Shown here piece by piece: positions 14,726 to 30,430 of a stretch of DNA of 64,000 bases. Each line of letters starts with the position of its first letter. Position 1 is the first letter of the stretch. The position numbers and the translations under genes were made by a program. A model generated the notes under the pieces. It saw only the letters and a list, made by a program, of their open reading frames with translations. It did not search any database and had not been told where the DNA came from. The stretch comes from the human T2T-CHM13v2.0 reference genome, Homo sapiens. The stretch spans positions 15,552,001-15,616,000 of the forward strand of contig CP086569.2 in the NCBI GenBank assembly GCA_009914755.4, written 5' to 3'.

Positions 14726-15039
14726 ATAACCTATAGTTTTTGTTAGAGATTATTAAATAAGGATGAGATTAAAATGAGGTTAGTCTCATGCTGCTTAAAA
14801 CAGTGATATGCTTAGGAGCAGCTGCAGGAACATCTGATCCAATCTTGGAGGCAGCCTGAAGGGCTTCCCAGGGAAAGCACAATTTAAGCCAAAACCTGAG
14901 AGATGAGCAGGGATTGACCAACTAATGAGCAGACCCACACACCAAATTCTGCAGTCAGTTCCTTGCATGACATGGAAAATTGATTTCTACAACTATGCAT
15001 TACTTTTCTCCCACCAATCCCCCGCCCTGCTTTATTTTT

Positions 15040-15318
15040 TATCTTTATTTCTACTGGGTCTCTGTCACTCAGGCTGTAGTGCAGTAGAGTGATCTTGGCT
15101 CACTGCAGCCTCGATCTCCTTGGCTCAAGTAATCCTTCCACCTAAGCCTCCCTAGTTAGAATAGCTGAGACTGCCTACGCACAACACCATGTCGGTCCAT
15201 TTTTTTTTTTTTTTTTCTTTTTGTAGAGATGGGATTTTGCCATGTTGGCCAGGCTGGTCTTGAAATCCTTGGCTCAAGTGATCAGCCCACCTTGGGGTTA
15301 CAGGCAGGAGACACCATT
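15040..15318 (-). mobile_element. Alu SINE, diverged
   Basis: ctgggtctctgtcactcaggctgtagtgcagtagagtgatcttggctcactgcagcctcgatctcc...ttttgtagagatgggattttgccatgttggccaggctggtcttgaaatcc. Confidence 0.85.
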
Positions 15319-15689
15319 TTTATTTTGCATGTGTGCGGTCAGTCATTCTACAACTAATAATATTTAATAATAATTGAAAATATCCTGTAAATTCCAAAAA
15401 GGTAAGCTTAAGTTCTCTTGAAAAATGAATTTCTGTGAGAAGGCTTTGGTGGTTTGACTTGAAGCTGATAACAACATTAGTGTTGGGCATTTGGCTACAC
15501 ACCTGTCACATTCAAAATCCAATCTATTTTCAATCTTTATTTCGGTGGCAGTAAGTGCTGAAGATTTTAATCCACTATGTATTTTCCTAACCCAGATTCT
15601 ACTCAAAGCAGAGGTTTAGAGAAATCCCTTGTTTATTGCAAATATCATGCCAAGAATAAGGATGAGGAACCAGCACAGTGATGAAGGGA

Positions 15690-16170
15690 GAAATGTAATC
15701 ACTATTTACAATAGCCAAGTTGTGGAGTCAACCTATGTATCCATCAACCATGCATTGGATAAAGAAAATGTGGTACATATACACCAAAGAATACTAGGCA
15801 GCCATAAAAAAGAATGGAATCATGTCCTTTGCAGCAACGTGCATGTGGCTGGAGGCCATTATCCTAAGTGAAATAACTGAGAAACATAAAATCAAATATC
15901 ACATGTTCTCACTTATAACTAGGAGCTAAACAATGGGTACGCGTGGTTGTAAAGATGGAAACAACCAACAATGGAGACTCAAACAGGGGAAAGGATGGGA
16001 GGGGGTGAGGTTTGAAAAATCACCTATGGGTACAGTGTTTACTCTTGTGTGATTGGTACCCTAGAAGCCCATATGTAACCAGTGTACAATATACCCGTGT
16101 AAGAAACCTGTACATGCACCCCTGAACCTAAACTAAAATTAAAAAACAAACAAAAACCACACAAAAAAAT
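15690..16170 (+). mobile_element. L1 (LINE-1) 3'-end fragment, old subfamily (L1M/L1PB-like), ORF2 C-terminus plus 3'UTR
   Basis: ttacaatagccaagttgtggagtcaacc...caccaaagaatactaggcagccataaaaaagaatggaatcatgtcctttgcagcaacgtgcatgtggctggaggccattatcctaagtgaaataactgagaaacataaaatcaaatatcacatgttctcacttataactaggagctaaaca; ORF 15629..15871 is an ORF2 remnant. Confidence 0.8.
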
Positions 16171-16891
16171 TGTATTGGCCACAGAGGAGAGATGCCTGCT
16201 TGACCCAGTGAGGTTGTGTGAAAACCCTTATGATATATGTCCCCATACCACTTTCCCAGGTGAAAATGGAGGACCCACATTCTCCTCATCTTTCACCCTT
16301 AATAATGTACTGGTGTTGACATCTCCAGGCTACTTGGGGAGTGCTAAGTAGGTTTTAGTGTGCATCCCCTGTAAGGCATTGAAGAAAATTCAGGAAATCA
16401 AGAAAAAGTCAAGTTTCCAGGTATGAAGAGAGGCTGCACCTTCATGAAGCTGGTTGAAGTCTGGACAGAGCAGATCACCACAAGAGTGACTGGAATAAGC
16501 CATGTGGCCAAGAGGCATCCAGTGCAGCCATCAAGTGAAACAGAGCTCTTCCAGCCGTGGTAGAACTAGGGTCAAACTATGTGAAAGTGTTCAAAGATTC
16601 TTTGCATTGAATTCAAGCTCATCATTCACTTGCACTCAAATCTGTGAGACCATGTTTATATTGTAAAGAAAGGATAAAACATAAATTCATATTTCAATTT
16701 TTAGGTTATCTGAATGAATGGATTTCAAGAGTGCTTAAGTTTTTTCCTAGATGTTCACAGCTTTTCAAATCATCTTCCTCAGAACACTGAATCCTGCTAA
16801 TTGAGTGATTTTCTGATTGTCATGTACTCACACAATTGACTAAATGTCTTACTATGCTTTCTTGATAAGTAGTGTCTACATGTGAAGAACC

Positions 16892-17045
16892 TATCTATTT
16901 AATCTATCTACCTGCCTATATATCTCTATTTCTCCATCTAGTCTATCAATCTATCTTATCTATATAATCTCTATGTATCATCTATCTGTTATCTATCTAT
17001 CTATCTATCTATGTCTATCTTCTCTCTTTCTCTCTCCTCTCTCTG
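16892..17045. repeat. (TCTA)n/(ATCT)n tetranucleotide STR, degenerate, with a perfect (ATCT) core, followed by (TC)n
   Basis: ctatctatttaatctatctacctgcc...atctatctgttatctatctatctatctatctatgtctatcttctctctttctctctcctctctctg. Confidence 0.85.
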
Positions 17046-17142
17046 AGTTGAGCAAATTACTTACAAGTTTTTGTCATGTAAGTGAGCAAGACTATATACA
17101 CACACATATAAGAAGGCTTGAACTACAACATTAAAGTGGCTG

Positions 17143-17353
17143 CAGATTCAGTGTCTGGTGGGGACCCACTTCGTTGTCCATAGACAGGGCCTTCTCACTG
17201 TGTCCTCACATGGTAGAAGGGGCAAAGGAGGGGGCTCTCTGGGGTCCCTTTTATAAAAGCACTCATCTCATTCATGAAGCTCCATAGTTATGATCTTATC
17301 ACCTCCAAAAGTGCTCGCCTCCTAATAGTGTCCCCTCGGGGATTAAGATTTAT
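17143..17353 (-). mobile_element. MaLR/ERVL-type LTR fragment (same family as 13118-13745)
   Basis: cagtgtctggtggggacccacttcgttgtccatagacagggccttctcactgtgtcctcacatggtagaaggggcaaaggaggg...cttttataaaagcactcatctcattcatgaagctcc...atcacctccaaaagtgctcgcctcctaatagtgtcccctcggggattaagattt. Confidence 0.65.
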
Positions 17354-17644
17354 ATCTTTTGTTTTAAATTTTTAATTTCTATATGAGTACATAGTAGGTG
17401 TATATATTTATGGGGTACCTGAGATATTCTGGTGCAGACATGCAATGCGTAATGATCGTATCACAGCAAATGGGGTTGTCTATCTCCTCAAGGACTTGTC
17501 TTTTTTGTTACAAAAAATCCAATTGTATTATTTCAGTTAAAATGTACAATCAGTTTACTATTGACTAAAGTCACCCTGTCATGCCAGCAAATACTAGGTC
17601 TTATTTATTCTTTCTGACTATAATTTTTGTACCCATTAACCATC

Positions 17645-18030
17645 CCTACTTTCCCCATCCTACTCCCACTATCGTTTCCAATGTCTGATAACCATCTTTT
17701 GATTCTCTATATTTATGAATTCAATTGTTTCAATTTTTAGCTCCCACAAATAAGTGAGAACATGGTATAACGGTCTTTCTGTGCCTCGCTTATTTCTCTT
17801 AACATAATAACCACCAGTTTTATCCATGTTGTTGTAAATGACAGGATCTAATTCTTTGCTATGGCTTAATAGTACTCTATTGTGTATGTGTAGCCCATTT
17901 TCTTTATCCATTCACCCGTTGATGGATGGTTAGGTTACATCCAAATCTTGGCTATTGTGAACAGAATTGCAACAAACATGGGGGTGCAGATATCTCTTTG
18001 ATATACTGATTTCCTTTCTTTGGGGGTTTG
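17645..18030 (-). mobile_element. L1 (LINE-1) 3'-region fragment, old subfamily, antisense; inverted relative to the L1 at 15690-16170
   Basis: Reverse complement of the L1 3' end: ctcccacaaataagtgagaacatggtataacggtctttctgtgcctcgcttatttctcttaacataataaccaccagttttatccatgttgttgtaaatgacaggatc...ttatccattcacccgttgatggatggttaggt...ttggctattgtgaacagaattgcaacaaacatgggggtgcagatatctctttgatatactg; ORF 17669..17911(-) is an ORF2 remnant. Confidence 0.8.
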
Positions 18031-18228
18031 GATGTAAACATATGAGTTTTGAGAGGACAACATTCAGACTGTAGCTTACTGTACTATCTATCCATTCATC
18101 CACCTGTTTATCTATTCCATTTCTAAATATTGCATGGCATATTTTCTTAATTCTTTCCAATGTCTTATTGAGTTTTAATATAAGTTTACGTTTCTGATAG
18201 GCCACATATGGGGGCATCCTGAAAAGTA

Positions 18229-18469
<241 letters not shown>

Positions 18470-20729
18470 ATCTTTATATTTTAAATGTTTTGGGGTTTTT
18501 TCTTTATTTTTTTCATATTTAATTACATTTCTTTCAAATGACTTCTTTGGGAGACATGATTTTTGTACCTCCTGGGACTGCCACAATTCTCCTGCCTCCT
18601 GGGATGTGATCGATCTCTAGTCTGCCTCAAGTATAAAGATGATATTCATGTTGATGACATTGAGAAGGATGAGGAGAAAGGAGTTGATCAGAGATCTATA
18701 TTCATGGTATACTTGTTTGCCATGTCTGCTTTTCCTCTTCAGAATGTAAACTCCAAGACTGTGGGTCTTTGTTTTCTTCGGTACTACCTTGCAGAGTCTA
18801 GGTCCTATTCAAAGCTTAATATTTGTGAAGTGCATGAATGAATAAGTGGATTATAATATTATCACCACCATTGGTATGGCTTTTGTTTCTCTATCTGTAT
18901 TGTCCTCTCTACTTTTCCTTAATTGTTTAATTCCCACACAGATTGCCGAAGATTGCTTTGCCAACTGTCCCTGGGTAGAGATAAATTTCCCTCCATGGTG
19001 CTTTCACTGGACTCTACCTGCAGCTATATATTATCTTGCATTTTCTAACACCCAGCCCCACCACATAATAAGACTTGATTGATTGAAGACCCTGAGTTAG
19101 CTTTGCATAAAACCAAGGTGCTTTCCACACAGACATTCACAGACATTTTCACATTTCATACAGCAACTGATGAACTAGGCTGGAAATACACTTTTTACTG
19201 GCTTAACAGAGAAGAAAACAAAGCTTAGGGAGACTGATTATGCAGGATTTAATTTGTAACAAGCAAAGAGAACACTATTGACTTCAAGTGGACATCAACA
19301 CATTATCATCTGATAATTTTTCCAGCATCCTTTGCCTCATCTGTTAAATTATAAACTAATGCTGATGTGTACAATTCAGTTCAGCTTCACAAATATTTAA
19401 TGAACACTCGCTCTATAACAGGTATTATTATATAAATAGTTCTTTATGATGTAAGAATGTTTAATAGATACTTTTTATCCATTCAACTTTGAAAGGCTAA
19501 TGCCTATTCATAGATACCAGGAAACACTTGAATGAATGAAGACATGTTTTCTGCTGTCAAAGAGAGATCAGACACCAACAAGTGGCCAAGAAAGAACAAA
19601 GTAATTTTGATCAACAAAACTTATAGAAGAAAATAAGCATTCTTTGTTGTTACATATACTTCAGAGCCATTTTAGTGCTCAAAGTTTGATAGAAATTGAT
19701 ACACAGGACTTGCGCCTCTGAATTGGCTATCCCGGAATATTCTATGAGCTACAACCAGATTTAACATTAACCTGTAGTTACTTGTGGTTTATTCATCTAT
19801 CCACCTAAACACTATGAGCAACTTCAATGTGCTCTTCATGGTACTCGACTTTAGGCATTGTATATGGAGCAAAATAGACATATTTTCTTATTTATTGTGG
19901 CTTATACTCAGATGCAGCATTTCTTCACCAGTGGTAATTTTGCTCCTGGGGACATTTGGCAATGTGTGGAGACAGTGAAGGTTGTCATGACTGGGTCTTG
20001 CTTCTGGTGTCTAATGGGTAGAGGCCAGAACTCCTTCACAATAAAGAACTATCTGACCAAAGAATATCAGCAGTGCCAAGGTTGAGAAACTCTTCTAACG
20101 GTTGGAGAAAAATGATCAATGGATCACCTACAATTATAATTACAAACTGAGCTATGTGTTAGATGCTAGTAGAGCTGATTTCCAAGGTTACTGATCTAGT
20201 CATGAGGATACATATTGATACTAAGGACATGTGGTTGAAGGGGCAGGAGTGATTTATTAGGGTAAGAAGTTCATGGTGAGCAGAGGGACTGTCATGCAAA
20301 GACTCTAGGGCTTGAAGGAGCCCAGTGCAATCAGGATCTGAAGTGACAGGTGTGGCTTGAGAACAGAGGCAACAGGGAGTTAGGCAGAAGGGGAAGCTGG
20401 AAATGCAGGCAGGGGTAGAAAATAAAAATATGCCAGCCATTTATATTACACAATTCTGTAGACTTCTTTCTTCTTTCATTCTTGATACTTTTCTATAATA
20501 ACATTCAAGCATTGGATCAGCACCCTTTGTTGTCTTCTGTAGCCCAAAGGTTGACCTTGGAGACACAAAGGCAACTATGACAATGGTTTCTGCAATAGGG
20601 AGATCACATTCTCACTCAGAAGACATTTGCAGGGTGTGATTAGTGATTCTCACATACATGTCAATTTCTTCCTAAGACCTTGTGCTTTTTTAGTTTTTAT
20701 TTTAATATTATTATTGTTATTTATATAGT

Positions 20730-21014
20730 TTATTTGAGAGAATTTTGCTCTGTCACACAGACTGGAGACCAGTGTTGTGATCATAGCTCATTGCAGCCTC
20801 CAACTCCTTGTGTCAAGCAATCCTCTTGCCTCAGCCTCCCAAATAGCTGGGACTACAAGCATCCACCACCACATCCAGCTTATTGTTTTATTTTTTGTAG
20901 AGAAGGCCACCTCTACAACTTATGTTGCCCAGACTGGTGTCAAATGCCTGGGCTCAAGCATTCCTTCTGCCTGAGTCTACCAAAGTGCTGGGATTCTAGA
21001 TGTGAGCCATGAAA
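20730..21014 (-). mobile_element. Alu SINE, full length, diverged
   Basis: gagagaattttgctctgtcacacagactggagaccagtgttgtgatcatagctcattgcagcctccaactcc...caaagtgctgggattctagatgtgagccatg. Confidence 0.9.
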
Positions 21015-22042
21015 CCCTACCTTCTGGTTTTTAATTGGCTTATTTTCTTCGCACATTTCAGTGAAGCATTATTCATTTATCGTTACTGAGGTTTTACTTT
21101 TTTTTTTCTTTCCCAGAGTTAGATTTCAGACAACTCACCTTTGTTACCAATTTGAAATGCTAGGTGTCAATTCTTAATATAGTTGTAAAGGGCCATGACT
21201 TGAGGATATGTTATTTTTTTGGGCTTGAGTTTGGATTGGTTTGAGTTGAATGCAATTGCTAAGCCATTGAATAAGGGAACATTGCTGAACTAGAGTGACA
21301 TGGATTATTTCTTATAGGTGAGAGTGCATTTGTGATAAAGTCATTGTTTTAGGATACATAAGGGTCATGGTGTATTTTCTTGGCTAGTGCTATGAATTCA
21401 TTTGTGCTATTTCTTTTGAATTTTTGTATTTCTCTACTCTCCATCTTATTAAACCAGGTGTTTCAGGTTTGAGGTTCTGCACATTTTTCTCTGGGGTTAC
21501 ACAGAGGGACTAAATAGGTGGAGTTTAGGGTAAGGGGATATTCACAGTCCTGCCCTCCTGCAACCACAGCAACACCCCAAAGTCTCTCATAAGACTGTAT
21601 TTGTTCTCCTACTTACATTCTTTGACCACTATTATGAACGTTTTCAATAGTCTATCCAATGAAAACAATGTTGTCAATGACTGTCTTTAGTAAGTCTGTA
21701 GTCAGATTCATATCTTTAAAATATGTACACTGTGTGAATATTTCAAAGTATATATCATGAAAATAAATAAGAAAAAAAAAAACAAGAAAGCTGAGATAGC
21801 TCTATTAATATTAGACAAAGATACCTTCAAGAAAAGGAGTATTTCCATAATAAAAGAGAGATAGTCATAATGATACAAGGAAGAATCCACCTGACATAAC
21901 TAATAATTTTAATTTGTGTACACCTAATAAGAGAGCTGTAAATTACACAATTAGACAGCAATAAATGCAAAGAAAGACCCATCAATAATGATAGTTGGAG
22001 ATGTTAAGATGTTACCAAAATAGATGAAAGATGAAGTTGGAA

Positions 22043-22120
22043 AACACACACACACACACACCCCCACACACACAGATACATACACACATAAATACAGGGA
22101 GGATACACACACACACATAC
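22043..22120. repeat. (CA)n-rich microsatellite, interrupted
   Basis: aacacacacacacacacacacccccacacacacagatacatacacacataaatacagggaggatacacacacacacatacatg. Confidence 0.8.
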
Positions 22121-23289
22121 ATGCAGGGAGGATATGAAAATTTTCAACAACACTTTCAATGCCCTTGGCAAGTTTGTACTTTGAGTCCAACCTCCCTTCA
22201 CAATTCAACAAAGAGACAAACAACCCACAATTTTACTGCATTTCATGCTTAGGTTCCCGGTGTCTCAAGGCCTCTGGCCAGCCATGTGTGTACAGGAACA
22301 CACACACATCAAATAAACAGAAAAATGAATGTATAATCGCAGACTGTGATTAACACCATAGATGAAAATCAGAGAGGGTGTGCAGTCATTAACAGGCAAG
22401 CTGACCTCACCTTTGATACAAAGACACAATGGTGTTCAGGCGAAAAGCAATGAATAGGTGTTACCCAGTTGGGGAGATAAGAATGGTGTTGTAAGAGTAA
22501 GGTAAATTTGTGCATAGGATTCCAGTTGGCACAGATTTTTTAGTGCAGAAACAGGAAGTGGAAGAGGGACAGGGTTGAGGATGTATAATTCAACAGATCA
22601 TTCAGGTCCCTGTTGGAGAACTTTAAGCAGGGCTCTGTCAAAGTCAGTTTGGTCATTTTGATAGATGACTCTGGGTGGGGAGTGATGGCAGAATGAGATG
22701 GACACATATTAGGCAGTCACTTTCATCTAGCAGAGACACTGACAGCCTGGACCATAATGACGAAGATGGAGAAAAGTTATATGAACCTATTTGAGAGATA
22801 TTTCAGAAGGAAACCAAAGATGTGATACTGAGTTACCTGGAATGTGGGAAAGGAATGGAAAGTTGGATGACCTTTCCATCTAGTTTCTGTGTAGATTCTG
22901 TGCATGATCCCTTGGCTTAAGACATAAGCACTGTGAGATTACAGATAATCTATGTATAGGTTCATGTAAAGAGTTTTCCCTTTTCTTAGATTTCCATCTA
23001 AATTGAGATTATTGTCTTTCACTGCATGTAATCTCATTACTACCTGATTTGGAATGCTATTTCCTTATACAAGCATGTTGTGAGAATAATGCTTGGTGCC
23101 AAATGTTACGCAAATAGTATTGATTTAAATGTGGTAACATAGATAACTGTTAACATATGTACAATAGATAACACAAGTATATAACATATAAATATCATAT
23201 AATAAATGCTAATTAATATAAATGAAATATACTGGGGAGGAAAATCTGAAAGGTGTTAATGACTTAGGGACCTTATCAATATATATCAA

Positions 23290-23662
23290 TCATTCTCACA
23301 CTGTTATGAAGAACTACCTAAGCCTGGGTAATTTATGAAGAAAAGAGGCTTAATTGACATGCAGTTCTTCATGCTGTATAGGAAGCATGGCTGGGAGGCC
23401 TCAGGAAACTTACAGTAATGATTAAAGGTGAAGGGGTAATAAGCACATCTTACCATGGCAGAGCAGGAGAGAGACCGAGCCAAGGGGGAAGTGCTACACA
23501 CTTTTAAACAACCAGATTTTGTAAGAACTCATGACCACCGGAACAGCCAAGAGGAAATCCACCCCTATTATCCGGACACCTGCCACCAGGTCATTCCCCC
23601 AACATTGGGAGCTACAATTCGATATGAGATTTGTGTGGTGATATACAGCCAAATGACAACAT
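23290..23662 (-). mobile_element. MaLR solo LTR, THE1/MST-like, near full length
   Basis: cattctcacactgttatgaagaactacctaagcctgggtaatttatgaagaaaagaggcttaattgacatgcagttcttcatgctgtataggaagcatggctgggaggcctcaggaaacttacagtaatg...aagtgctacacacttttaaacaaccagattttgtaagaactcatgacc...caacattgggagctacaattcgatatgagatttgtgtggtgatatacagccaaatgacaac matches THE1/MST reverse complement. Confidence 0.8.
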
Positions 23663-25892
23663 AACCTCTCATAATGCTATTTCCTTCATGATAAATATCC
23701 TTTGAGGACAAAATGTCATTCAAAATGTGATAATAATGTTGATAATAATTAATGCAAGCCTAATAAACATTCTCTGTATACATTTTGTAATACATTATAA
23801 TATGAATTATATTCAGTAATAATTTCACTTAAAGAATAATTTAAAATATAACAGGCAGATAACTATAGGTAATAGTTTAAAACATAACACTAAAACTTGC
23901 ATGGTTTTGGTATTTCAAATTTTACGTGGATTCTACTATATTTTCAAGGACACAACGAACATAACTGAAGGCAAACCTTGAAATTTTACTTTCTTAAATC
24001 TGATTACTTTCTTAAATTTTACTTTCTTAAATGTGATGAGTTGTGTTAATTTATTTGGAATAATTAAACTCGGCATTATATATTCTTTTTTATGATGTCA
24101 TTAATAATGTTTAAAAGTCAATAACACATCTATTGCTACTTTGGTTAAAAGCTACATAGATAGTAGTAGCTATGGTACTTGGATGAAGAAAGCTGAAGTT
24201 TATTATTTTTTCTTTCTAATTTTAATCCCTAAGGGTCTTTGATAAAAGACTTACACAAACCCCCCTTTAGTAACCTAATCTTGTAAAATAATCCTGTTCT
24301 TAAAATGGTGATAGAGATTTGCTTGGTTTATGCTACGTAACACCATAATAACACATTAAGACTTGATTCTCTTTATATCATGGAGCAACTCAGGTAGTGT
24401 TACAAAGTGCTGTTACTCAATAAATGTGGTGAAGAGCAAGCTCTCCAGAGCAGTGCCATGCCTGTGTCTGATGCTTTCCAGTATGGAAAACTGCTCAGAT
24501 ACTAATGGTTTGTTTCAGGCGCATTGACAGCCTGATCATAGGCTCTAGCCATGTACCATGAAAAATGGCTTCTCCAGGGGCTTAAGAAAGACGATGAAGA
24601 GCTTTGCATTTTCTCTTGGCATTTCCTGCTATTGTTAAAAAGGTCACATATGCAATTTAAAAATGTTCCATGCATGGAGCATGACAAATGCCATGTAGAA
24701 GATAAAACTGCTTTCATTGACATTTTTGGCCAATTTCCAAACGGTACCATTTTCCACATTTTCCCCTTTGTGGATTTGCAAAATTTGGCTTGTGCAAAAT
24801 GCCTGCCCACAATACAGTCTAAGTTGAGAAATGCTACATGTTAAAAAGCAAACTGTGTATAGATGAAAATGGCACATTCAGAATAAAAGTAAGAAATTAA
24901 ATGCCACCAAAAAATAGGGAAAAACTTGTAAATGAGTCTATCAAAACTATTAAGGAATCTCAAAATGAAAGAAAGGCTTAGAACTCATCAATAACAATGT
25001 CCAATTGCATTCATATGTAAAGAAAGTAAAATCAACTTTATGTTATTTTAGTTCACTTTATTTTATTCTTATTATCCTTTTACCTAGTTGAATGGCAAAA
25101 CTAAATTTAGTTATCTTTGGGCATTGAAAAATGAGTACTCTCACAGTTTGATAGATGGAGGAAGAATTAAGGTAGAGTTTTAGAATTTGAGTATTATACA
25201 ATAAAATTTAAAAAGAGACCCACTTTACTCCTCTGGAAGCACTTTTGCTTCCAGGAACCTATCCCACAGATATATGCAGAAAGATGTATGTACATAGATG
25301 ATCATTGCAACTGAAATTTATCTCATCAGGAAAACGTGTAAATGAATTTTTTTGAGCACTTAGAATACTAAAACTATCTTTCCCTTGAAATTGTAGAGGC
25401 AAAGCAAAATGGGAAGGCAGAGAATAATACATAAATTTATGTAAGCATGTATACATACTGGTATATACACATAGATATGAATGCACAATTGTATGCATAG
25501 ACATATGTATACATACATGTGTGTGTAGGTGTATGCTTTTGTGTAGATTTGTATACAAATATGTATATTTTACTGCACAGAAAAATGTCAAGAAATAAAT
25601 TATTAGCAATGTTTAGAATGGGACTATGTTACTGTGCCCTTACAGAGAGGCCTTGATTGGCAGAGAAAATGAAAACTATAACTGCTCCTATACTTAAGAA
25701 TTTTTAAAATCCTTTGTAATGAGTTTGAATAATTTATTTATATTACAATTATGCAAATCTTCTATGTGTGTATAAGAAGCCATTAGAAAAAGATGGTTTC
25801 ATGTGATAGAGGAAACTAGCATAAGTTAGAATTTTGACTCAGCTGATGAGAAAGTATTTGCCCAAAGCAATCTAATCAAAGCTCTGTTGCAT

Positions 25893-26526
<634 letters not shown>

Positions 26527-26888
26527 AACACTTTGTTGTGTGGAAAAAAGACATATAGTTAAACAAATATAACCAGCCCCTTATTTCTGAGGAGAAAGAC
26601 TGATGCATTGTAGAAAGGATAATACAATTTTGAGATTTAGGTAAGGACTATCAGAATTTCCAGGAAGCTCTGCTGTGGTTCATTGTTACAGGGAAATTAC
26701 TCAAGGGAATATATGACTTGGAATCATTTTGCTTTTTTGTTACATTTCCTATTATTCATTGCTTCTTTGGACTGGTGAGAAGCCTCTCAGAGAAATAAGG
26801 AATACTGCACATCCTCCATATTTTCTCAGCTTTTGAAAATTAAGTTTTATACACTTAAGGGCAGCCACAACACATGAAAACATTTTAT

Positions 26889-28850
<1,962 letters not shown>

Positions 28851-28981
28851 CCTTTAAAGCCACAAAATAAAATAAAATAAAATAAAATAATAAATTCCCT
28901 CAAAAAAAAAAAAAGAAAAGTTTATTTCTTCCTCAAACCTTCTTTACCTAGCCTCACTCAAACCAACTCTTAATTTTTCCT

Positions 28982-29006
28982 TTTTTTTTTTTTTTTTTTT
29001 TTCCCC
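28982..29006. repeat. poly(T) tract (~24 nt)
   Basis: ttcctttttttttttttttttttttccccaaag. Confidence 0.9.
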
Positions 29007-30231
29007 AAAGCTATGCAGCTGACACGCATCTGCTCACTTGGCATAATTCAGTTGGCATCCAGTAAGTTTAAGAAATTCTATCTGGGATTCATGCAATCAC
29101 AACCCACATCCAAAAAATAATAGCAGCACTTATAATAAATAATAATAGTGTTTTTTGTTTGTTTGTTTTTTTAGTATTCACATAGGTTTTCTCCCTGGAT
29201 TTTCACAACATTGAAACAAAATAGACAAAATAAATGGGCTTCTCTTCAGCCCTGAGTTTTGCCTACTCTTAACCCTTTGGAGAAAAAATGGCACTGAGCT
29301 GTCAGTCAGTCGCCCTGTGGGAGAAGACACCAGTGTAGATGGCTTTCTGAATATATTGACTTGATTTCTATCACCAACAATGGCATATTCAGGCTGTGCT
29401 CCATGCCAGGTGCCATGTGGTCATGGAGTCTACCACACCAGAGGTATTCTCAGAAGTAGTATTGAAAACACATAGGCAAGCATTGCTTAAGACTGTATAA
29501 ACATAAGCTCTGTCCAGACATGGAATACAGTCGGAGTTTGCTAGGATAATCCCAAATACCAATACATACCAGAAAACTTACTATAGCATGAGTATTGAAG
29601 GCAAAGATGCTTTTGGTATGTAACTAAAATAATAGCATGAACCCATCTTTTAGTGTGAATATTGAATAATTAATGTTACATACATGAAGCTAGCATGTAC
29701 TGGAAGGACTCAAAGTAACTGAAAACTATACATTTCTTCACGCCATTTATTTAAGACTTCAGCTCCTTTACACAACCATACTCAGTTACCTTTTGCCTGT
29801 TCCTGACTTACTAAGGGAAGATGGTGTGGAGCTACAATTTATAATCCAGATAATGATTACTAGAGTCCATACTCTACCCTGAATACTGAAAACTGCAATA
29901 ATGTCCCTAACTTAAACTTCCTCTTCTGTTTATCACTTCTTCCTTCCCTCTTTGATTGTTCTTCCATGAATCCTTGCAAGTCTCCAAGCACTGAGTATCC
30001 TTCCATCCACCAAATGTCTGATATAGATGGCTGGGTGTAACTTTAAGTCTCTCACTAAGATGATCGATTTTCTCCTCTGCTTGTGCTGGGCTCACCCTCT
30101 CATTTCTCAGCCAAGATATCGATTTATTGTGTCCCATAGCACTGCTAGCATTAATGGAATTATTGCATGGTTTGGCCTCATTTTTAGTGTGTGGTTTTTA
30201 GAAATATCTGAGATCTTAGTGTTGGTTTGCA

Positions 30232-30430
30232 ATCTGTCTTAGTCCCTTCTGTGCTGCTATGAAAGAATACCTGAAACTGGTTTATAAAACAGAAATTTAT
30301 TTCTCATAGTTCCAGAGGCTGGCAAGTCCAAGATCAAGGCACCATCATCTGGCAAGACCTTCTTGCACATCATCAAATGGCACAGGGGTAAAGAGCTGAA
30401 GAGAGAGAACCCACTCCTGCAAGCCCTTTT
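30232..30430 (-). mobile_element. MaLR/ERVL-type LTR fragment (first ~200 bp of LTR)
   Basis: tgtcttagtcccttctgtgctgctatgaaagaatacctgaaactggtttataaaacagaaatttatttctcatagttccagaggctggcaagtccaagatcaaggcaccatcatctggcaagaccttcttgcac...cccactcctgcaagcc. Confidence 0.6.

Noticed and set aside
22031-22252. ORF with HTHTHTPPHTQIHTHI repeat as a protein
   Set aside because: It is the translation of the (CA)n microsatellite.
23987-24040. Short tandem repeat (tttactttcttaaat)x3 and 28-bp duplication at 9204-9260 as regulatory repeat elements
   Set aside because: These are tiny slippage-type duplications in AT-rich DNA with no associated gene. They are noted but not biologically interpretable from sequence alone.
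24502-24877. Three mutually overlapping ~80-100 aa ORFs on both strands as a sense-antisense gene pair
   Set aside because: The translations have no recognisable motifs, and overlap on opposite strands is expected by chance in a stop-codon-poor stretch. There is no supporting signal, and it cannot be evaluated further without a search.
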